Source: an uncultured Dehalococcoidia bacterium
GTDB lineage: Bacteria; Chloroflexota; Dehalococcoidia; Lucifugimonadales; UBA3495
Direction of reading: 5' to 3'
DNA: 51,416 nt
NCBI GenBank assembly: GCA_950072105.1
Contig: CATMOE010000023.1
Coordinates: forward strand, 1-51,416
Positions 18,571 to 22,799 of the stretch are shown here, piece after piece. Positions within the stretch are counted from its first letter, which is position 1. The number at the start of each line of letters is the position of its first letter. The notes under the pieces are model-generated. The model saw only the letters and a list, made by a program, of their open reading frames with translations. It was not told the origin of the DNA and made no database searches. Made by a program: the position numbers and the translations under genes.

Positions 18571-18629
18571 TGGCGGCTTGGGAATCAATCCCACGTTCTT
18601 CCGCTCGATAAGCGGGCGCAACGGCCGCC
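18571..18629 (-). pseudogene. D-armless tRNA-like element, probably Asp-derived
   Basis: CCCGC-TTATCGA-GCGGA arm resembles tRNA-Asp TCCGT-CTGTCGA-GCGGA; T-like arm GGG-ATTGATT-CCC; ends GCCA. Confidence 0.5.
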
Positions 18630-18646
18630 CTTACTAATGATCTGAT

Positions 18647-18722
18647 TGGCACCAGGGGCAGGACTCGAACCTGCACTCCACCGATTAACAGGCGGTTGCT
18701 TTACCGATTAAGCTACCCTGGT
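18647..18722 (-). tRNA. tRNA-Asn(GUU)
   Basis: Loop CTGTTAA, G73-CCA. Confidence 0.92.
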
Positions 18723-18723
18723 G

Positions 18724-18795
18724 TGCGGAAGCCCGTCAGGCTCCGAATCAGCGCGCGCCCGGTTAAAAGCCGGAAGCTCTACTGGGGCACACTGA
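18724..18795 (-). pseudogene. Pseudo-tRNA-Lys(UUU)
   Basis: Intact anticodon arm TCCGG-CTTTTAA-CCGGG after GTAGAGC; T and acceptor arms degenerate, no CCA. Confidence 0.55.
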
Positions 18796-18800
18796 GATAT

Positions 18801-18887
18801 TGGTGCCAGAGGCAGGACTTGAACCTGCAAGAGGTTTCCCTCGACCGGTTTTGAGCCGGGTGCGTCTGCCGATTCCGCCACTCTGGC
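18801..18887 (-). tRNA. tRNA-Leu(CAA), long variable arm
   Basis: Loop CTCAAAA, variable arm GAGG-GAAA-CCTC, A73-CCA. Confidence 0.92.
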
Positions 18888-18900
18888 ATTTGATTGTCTT

Positions 18901-18974
18901 TGGAGGGCCTGACAGGGATCGAACCTGTGTCTCCAGCTTGGAGGGCTGGCACTCAGCCACTAAGTCACAGACCC
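18901..18974 (-). tRNA. tRNA-Gly(UCC), C33
   Basis: Loop CCTCCAA in CCAGC/GCTGG, U73-CCA. Confidence 0.88.
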
Positions 18975-19050
18975 TGGAGCCCCTGGAGAGATTCGAACTC
19001 TCGGCACTCTGGTTCGAAGCCAGATGCTCTGTCCGCTGAGCTACAGGGGC
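18975..19050 (-). tRNA. tRNA-Arg(UCG)
   Basis: Loop CTTCGAA in TCTGG/CCAGA; CCA abuts the next tRNA with no spacer. Confidence 0.9.
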
Positions 19051-19057
19051 ATGAGAT

Positions 19058-19133
19058 TGGTCAGCTTGCCTGGAATCGAACCAGGTCCTGCCGGGCCACA
19101 TCCGGCCGGGCTACCTTTACACCACGAAGCTGA
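19058..19133 (-). tRNA. tRNA-His(GUG), atypical (U-1:A73)
   Basis: Loop ATGTGGC in GCCGG/CCGGC; weak D stem; extra base in acceptor region. Confidence 0.75.
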
Positions 19134-19208
19134 TGGAGCCTTCGGGAGGACTTGAACCCCCCTCAACTGTTTACAAGACAGCCGCTCTACCGGATGAGCT
19201 ACGAAGGC
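19134..19208 (-). tRNA. tRNA-Thr(UGU)
   Basis: Loop CTTGTAA, acceptor GCCTTCG/CGAAGGC, CCA. Confidence 0.92.
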
Positions 19209-19212
19209 TGAT

Positions 19213-19287
19213 TGGAGTGTCTGACGGGAATCGAACCCGTATCCTCGCCATGGCACGGCGATGTCCTGCCGTTAAAACCACAGACAC
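19213..19287 (-). tRNA. tRNA-Gly(GCC)
   Basis: Loop GTGCCAT in TCGCC/GGCGA, U73-CCA. Confidence 0.88.
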
Positions 19288-19288
19288 T

Positions 19289-19364
19289 TGGTGGAATCGG
19301 AGAGACTCGAACTCTCAACGTTCGGTGTAAAAGACCGCTGCTCTGCCGATTGAGCTACGATTCC
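19289..19364 (-). tRNA. tRNA-Lys(UUU)
   Basis: Loop CTTTTAC, acceptor GGAATCG/CGATTCC, A73-CCA. Confidence 0.88.
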
Positions 19365-19367
19365 ATT

Positions 19368-19443
19368 TGGTGGGACCGGAGGGCGTCGAACCCTCAACCT
19401 CCCGGGTAAGAACCGGGTACTCTGCCGATTGAGTTACAGTCCC
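19368..19443 (-). tRNA. tRNA-Lys(CUU)
   Basis: Loop TTCTTAC in CCCGG/CCGGG, A73-CCA. Confidence 0.92.
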
Positions 19444-19444
19444 A

Positions 19445-19519
19445 TGGCGCCCCTAGCAGGAGTCGAACCCACAACTTCTGGGTAGAAACCAGACGCCCTC
19501 TCCGTTGGGCTATAGAGGC
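19445..19519 (-). tRNA. tRNA-Arg(UCU)
   Basis: Loop TTTCTAC in TCTGG/CCAGA, G73-CCA. Confidence 0.9.
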
Positions 19520-19520
19520 T

Positions 19521-19597
19521 TGGTTGAGCCGGGTGGAGTCGAACCACCAGTCTTCCGCTTATGAGACGGGTGCTGTAACCGATTTAGCTACGGCTCA
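19521..19597 (-). tRNA. tRNA(CAU): elongator Met or Ile2
   Basis: Loop CTCATAA, acceptor TGAGCCG/CGGCTCA, A73-CCA; no initiator features. Confidence 0.88.
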
Positions 19598-19715
19598 ATG
19601 ACAGCCGGGCCTCCCTGGCCCGAATCTTGACCCAGAGTGACTTGATATTGGACTTACGCGTGACCTTGGCCACGGCTCGGTCCTTCTTTTGATCGCGCCT
19701 TTCGCTCCGCTGCAT
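19584..19715 (-). CDS. 43-aa Lys/Arg-rich small protein inside the tRNA array; stop codon lies within tRNA(CAU)
   Basis: AGGAGG 4 nt before ATG; MQRSERRDQKKDRAVAKVTRKSNIKSLWVKIRAREARLSLSRS fills the longest non-rtcB gap in the array. Confidence 0.7.
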   Translation of the reverse strand: MQRSERRDQKKDRAVAKVTRKSNIKSLWVKIRAREARLSLSRS

Positions 19716-19732
19716 GAAGCCTCCTATTTTTC

Positions 19733-19804
19733 TGGCAGGGACGGTAGGAGTCGAACCCACGGGCTGGAGATTTGGAGGCTCCACCGCGCCCAGCGCTCGT
19801 CCCT
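19733..19804 (-). tRNA. tRNA-Trp(CCA), miniature D arm
   Basis: Loop CTCCAAA, G73-CCA, D arm GCGC-TGG-GCGC. Confidence 0.8.
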
Positions 19805-19808
19805 CTGA

Positions 19809-19862
19809 TGGTGTGCTGCGGCCGCAAATCCGGTCACTCGGATGCCGAACAAGCGGCGCAGC
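19809..19862 (-). ncRNA. Hairpin (minihelix-like) RNA ending in CCA
   Basis: Nested stems GCTGCG/CGCAGC, CCGC/GCGG, ATCCG/CGGAT, then ACACCA. Confidence 0.4.
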
Positions 19863-19870
19863 TTTGATTT

Positions 19871-19955
19871 TGGTAGGAGAGGAGGGACTCGAACCCCCAC
19901 GCCCGAAGGCATCTGTTTCTAAGACAGGTGTGTTTGCCAATTTCACCACTCTCCC
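19871..19955 (-). tRNA. tRNA-Leu(UAG)
   Basis: Loop CTTAGAA, long variable arm, A73-CCA. Confidence 0.92.
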
Positions 19956-20023
19956 ATATCTGCTCCATGGCCAGATAGGCTCGTCTTACGTAATTTACTG
20001 AGCCAGCCGAGCCATGTTTATTT

Positions 20024-20110
20024 TGGTGCCGCAGGAAGGATTTGAACCTTCAAGCCCGAACGGGCGGGTGGGTTACAGCCACTTGGTGTCACCGATCACC
20101 GCTCTACGGC
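20024..20110 (-). tRNA. tRNA-Tyr(GUA)
   Basis: Loop CTGTAAC, long variable arm GCCCG-TT-CGGGC, A73-CCA; D arm irregular. Confidence 0.85.
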
Positions 20111-20115
20111 ATATG

Positions 20116-20191
20116 TGGTGGGGCCGGGGGGAGTCGAACCCGCCGTCGACTGAATGAGAATCAGCCATCCTAACCATTAGACGACGGCCCC
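20116..20191 (-). tRNA. tRNA-Glu(CUC)
   Basis: Loop TTCTCAT in GCTGA/TCAGT, Glu-type D arm GTCTAATGGTTAGGAT. Confidence 0.88.
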
Positions 20192-20195
20192 AGGT

Positions 20196-20266
20196 TGGCA
20201 GCGGTACTAGGAGTCGAACCCAGCCTTGCAGCTTCAAAGGCTGCTCGATGCCCCGCACCTACCGCT
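20196..20266 (-). tRNA. tRNA-Gln(UUG), miniature D arm
   Basis: Loop CTTTGAA in GCAGC/GCTGC, G73-CCA, D arm GTGC-GGG-GCAT. Confidence 0.8.
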
Positions 20267-20267
20267 G

Positions 20268-20342
20268 TGGCAGCCCCGGCGGGAATCGAACCCGCATCTC
20301 TGCGTTACGAACGCAGTGCATTGGCCGTTGTGCTACGGGGCA
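20268..20342 (-). tRNA. tRNA-Thr(CGU)
   Basis: Loop TTCGTAA in CTGCG/CGCAG; U1:U72 mismatch; CCA. Confidence 0.82.
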
Positions 20343-20346
20343 GCCG

Positions 20347-21498
20347 TTAGGTCCCCTTGTAGTTGAGGACCTGGTGCAGCTCGTGGATCGGTCGGCACAG
20401 GTCTTTTTGGTCTGCCATGACCTGGTCGATATCCTTGTAAGCCGCGGGGTGCTCGTCCAGAAGCGCCTTAGCATGGTCTACATTCCAGGACTTCCCTTCC
20501 ATCAAGACGTAGAGACCGTCCACGCCATCGAGCGAAAGCTCTTTCTTGGCAGCGGTCCTGCTCCGTGACCGGCCTGCGCCGTGGGAAGAAGAGTTGTAGG
20601 GGTCCGGGTTGCCTAGCCCTTCGGTTATAAATGACTTGGTCCCCATGCTCCCAGGCACGACTCCCAGCTTGCCCGGACCGGCGTCGATGGCTCCCTTCCG
20701 GGTCACCCAGACCTGCTCACCGAAGTGGGTTTCCTGCTGAGTGAAGTTGTGGTGGCAGTTGATTCGCTGGACCTCCTTGCCCCACGTAAGCCGGAACAAC
20801 TGATCCAGGACCGCGTTCATCATCTGCTCCCGGTTCTCAAGCGCGTAGTCCTGAGCCCAGAGCATGTCGTTGATGTAAGCGCCGAACTCCGGCTGGGACT
20901 CCTGGAAGTAGGCCAGGTCTTTGTCCTCCAGCGGGACGCTGTTGCAGAGAGCCTTGGCAACTTTGATGTGCTGGATAGCCAGCTTGTTGCCGATGCCCCG
21001 CGAGCCGGAGTGAATCACAACCCAGACTGTCTCGTTCTCGTCCAGGCAGACCTCTACGAAGTGGTTGCCCGAACCCAAGGTTCCCAACTGCAGCACCGCT
21101 GTCTGAGCCATACTCTGGACTCGATCTGAACCTCGGTGCTTGTCCATCCAGAGCGCCGCGTCCCGGCTTAGATGGCTGGTCTTGGAGTGCTGCTTCCCTA
21201 CCCCGGCCGGAACGCTTCGGCTGATCTCGCCATGCAACCCGTCCAAGCTGTCTGGCAGTTTATCGGCACTGAGGTTGGTCTGTACGGCGATCATTCCGCA
21301 GCCGATGTCCACACCTACTGCCGCCGGGATAACCGCTCCCTTGGTTGGGATGACCGAGCCTACGGTGGCTCCCATCCCCAGGTGCGCATCTGGCATCAAA
21401 GCCACGTGCCCGGCGATAACCGCCGACCGGGACAACATCTCAGCCTGAAGCCTAGTGTTTTCGTCGAGTGTGCTTGCCCAATTCATTACCGAACCCAT
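20347..21498 (-). CDS. rtcB: RtcB 3'-phosphate/5'-hydroxyl RNA ligase
   Basis: MPDAH.G.G, PAAVGVDIGCGM, LGTLGSGNHF, HSGSRG, HHNF, RKGA, PGSMG, SHGAGR, DE.PAAYKDI; AGGAGG RBS. Confidence 0.97.
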   Translation of the reverse strand: MGSVMNWASTLDENTRLQAEMLSRSAVIAGHVALMPDAHLGMGATVGSVIPTKGAVIPAAVGVDIGCGMIAVQTNLSADKLPDSLDGLHGEISRSVPAGVGKQHSKTSHLSRDAALWMDKHRGSDRVQSMAQTAVLQLGTLGSGNHFVEVCLDENETVWVVIHSGSRGIGNKLAIQHIKVAKALCNSVPLEDKDLAYFQESQPEFGAYINDMLWAQDYALENREQMMNAVLDQLFRLTWGKEVQRINCHHNFTQQETHFGEQVWVTRKGAIDAGPGKLGVVPGSMGTKSFITEGLGNPDPYNSSSHGAGRSRSRTAAKKELSLDGVDGLYVLMEGKSWNVDHAKALLDEHPAAYKDIDQVMADQKDLCRPIHELHQVLNYKGT

Positions 21499-21519
21499 GA
21501 CTTCCTCCTATTTTTGTTT

Positions 21520-21595
21520 TGGCGGGGCCAACGGGTCTCGAACCCGTAACCTTCCGCTCGACAGACGGATGCTCTGCCAACTGAGCTATGACCCC
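21520..21595 (-). tRNA. tRNA-Asp(GUC)
   Basis: Loop CTGTCGA, G73-CCA. Confidence 0.92.
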
Positions 21596-21612
21596 TTTTG
21601 ACTAACTTGAAT

Positions 21613-21686
21613 CGGAAGCGGGACCGGGAGTCGAACCCGGAGAAGCTGGCTTATGAGACCTGCCCAGGGATCCGCCCATCCCCGCA
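21613..21686 (-). tRNA. Atypical tRNA(CAU), Pyl-like architecture, possibly pseudo
   Basis: Loop CTCATAA, perfect T arm, 5-nt D loop, extended anticodon stem, 3-nt variable region, U1:U72, ends CCG. Confidence 0.6.
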
Positions 21687-21689
21687 ACG

Positions 21690-21763
21690 TGGTAGCCCTG
21701 CCGAGAATCGAACTCGGTTATCCGGTTTGAAGGACCGGCGCCCTACCAATAGGCAACAGGGCC
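21690..21763 (-). tRNA. tRNA-Glu(UUC), C33
   Basis: Loop CCTTCAA in CCGGT/ACCGG, CCA. Confidence 0.85.
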
Positions 21764-21783
21764 AAATATAAAGACGATTGATC

Positions 21784-21865
21784 TGGAGGCATGCTTGGAG
21801 CCTAGGCCGGTGAGCATGCCAGTCACCAAAGCCTGGAACAGCCCGCACGGCTGCTTCCAAGCGCC
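21784..21865 (-). ncRNA. Structured non-tRNA RNA ending in UCCA
   Basis: Hairpins GCTTGGAAGCAGCC/GGCTGTTCCAGGC and GGCATGCT/AGCATGCC-TCCA; no T loop. Confidence 0.45.
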
Positions 21866-21874
21866 TTGCATGGT

Positions 21875-21948
21875 TGGTAGCCCCGCCTGGATTCGAACCA
21901 GGGGTCCCGGTATGTAACACCGGCGCCTTACCGCTTGGCCACGAGGCT
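21875..21948 (-). tRNA. tRNA-Val(UAC)
   Basis: Loop GTTACAT in CCGGT/ACCGG, A73-CCA. Confidence 0.88.
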
Positions 21949-21978
21949 CCGTTTATCAATTGATCAACTGTTCCTAGA

Positions 21979-21990
21979 TTGTTAAGGTGC
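21979..21990 (-). promoter_or_regulatory. boxA-like antitermination signal
   Basis: GCACCTTAACAA versus E. coli rrn boxA GCTCTTTAACAA (10/12), near the 5' end of the array. Confidence 0.5.
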
Positions 21991-22036
21991 TGGATCTCGT
22001 CAGGATTCGCACTGGCGTTACCTGCTGATTAATTTT

Positions 22037-22111
22037 TGGTCGGGGTGGGGAGATTCGAACTCCCGGCTCCCTGGTCCCAGGCCAGGTGCCCTACCGCTGG
22101 GCCACACCCCA
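22037..22111 (-). tRNA. tRNA-Pro(UGG), C33; first tRNA of the array
   Basis: Loop CCTGGGA in CCTGG/CCAGG, G72-A73-CCA. Confidence 0.9.
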
Positions 22112-22356
22112 ATGTGGTGGGGGATCATCCCCCCTGGGAGGGCGGCGGTGCGTGGCCGCCGCCCTCCCAGACCATGTGGTGGCCGGGCCGCCACCGTCAG
22201 TTATTCGATTTACTGAAACGTTCCTGTTCTGTTTTCCCATTTAAGAATCGAGTTTTCATGTCACCTCGATAGGGCTCTAATACCTTTTGTCTGGCGCCAA
22301 TTTGATTGGAACTCTCAAGATCACCAGGTTTCCGAACATTCACCACATGAGGCCAC

Positions 22357-22392
22357 AAAAAAAGAGCCCTGGGCTTTGCAGCACCAGGGCTC
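22357..22392 (-). terminator. Intrinsic terminator (attenuator) between the leader ORF and the tRNA array
   Basis: GAGCCCTGG-11 nt-CCAGGGCTC-TTTTTTT. Confidence 0.85.
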
Positions 22393-22417
22393 GTGTCAAG
22401 ACTCTATGTCTTAATCC

Positions 22418-22558
22418 CTAATCGCTGGCATACCCTCCGAATGTAGCGGTCGTCTCCTCACGGCCGAAATTCCAATTCGACGCATGATAAGTCGCGGCGC
22501 GCTCTGATGGGAGCGCTTTCTGGCTATTCAGTTGCCTTAACATTCTCGGTATGCCCAT
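22418..22558 (-). CDS. Putative 46-aa leader peptide
   Basis: MGIPRMLRQLNSQKALPSERAATYHASNWNFGREETTATFGGYASD*; between promoter and terminator; stop 25 nt before the terminator stem; RBS weak (AAGGT). Confidence 0.6.
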   Translation of the reverse strand: MGIPRMLRQLNSQKALPSERAATYHASNWNFGREETTATFGGYASD

Positions 22559-22618
22559 GATTTCCAACCTTTAGGTGTCGCTCTAGTGTTGCCACTTGTA
22601 AATGGCCTAGCTTCATTC

Positions 22619-22647
22619 AAAATACACTACGTTTTACAACTTGCCAA
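22619..22647 (-). promoter_or_regulatory. sigma70-like promoter of the leader/tRNA array
   Basis: TTGGCA-17 nt-TATTTT in an AT-rich divergent intergenic region. Confidence 0.55.
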
Positions 22648-22799
22648 TCCTTAAATAAGGTGTGTTTCAAACGAATATGTGACGTTATTCGTTGTCGCTA
22701 TTCCCCAGGCTGATCACCCGGCGGTACACAGCCACCTTGGAGCGTCCTATACTATCGGTATAATCTAGTGGATTCCCGCTGAACCTCGATCATAAGGAT

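Larger units (their letters stand above)
17545..22111 (-). other. tRNA gene array: 31 tRNA genes plus pseudo-tRNAs, with rtcB and a small ORF embedded
   Basis: Tandem co-oriented cloverleaves with T-loop consensus and encoded CCA; many spacers are only 0-15 nt. Confidence 0.97.

Noticed and set aside
17427..20568. Many 60-120 aa ORFs on both strands across the tRNA array
   Set aside because: They are translations of tRNA genes (GFEP/SNP-type artefacts); only 19584..19715 has its own RBS and non-tRNA sequence
21690..21763. Reading the anticodon as UCA (Sec/opal suppressor) to match the selenoprotein
   Set aside because: The stem CCGGT/ACCGG fixes the loop as CCTTCAA (UUC); no long variable arm or 8-bp acceptor stem of tRNA-Sec
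21871..21877. CCAACCA after tRNA-Val as a CCACCA degradation tag
   Set aside because: The sequence is CCA-A-CCA, not CCACCA, and occurs once
21991..22030. Additional tRNA remnant (GTGCGAATCCTG...ATCCA)
   Set aside because: Only a loose T-loop resemblance and CCA; no supporting stems
21764..22036. YrlA/Y RNA or large array-associated RNAs (GOLLD, ROOL)
   Set aside because: No T-arm-before-D-arm permuted module or Ro-binding helix recognised, no Ro60 gene in the window, and spacers are too short for the large RNAs; needs cmscan to exclude formally
17545..22111. CRISPR array or prophage-borne tRNA cluster
   Set aside because: The repeated TCGAACC motifs are T loops in full cloverleaves; no cas, phage or integrase genes are adjacent
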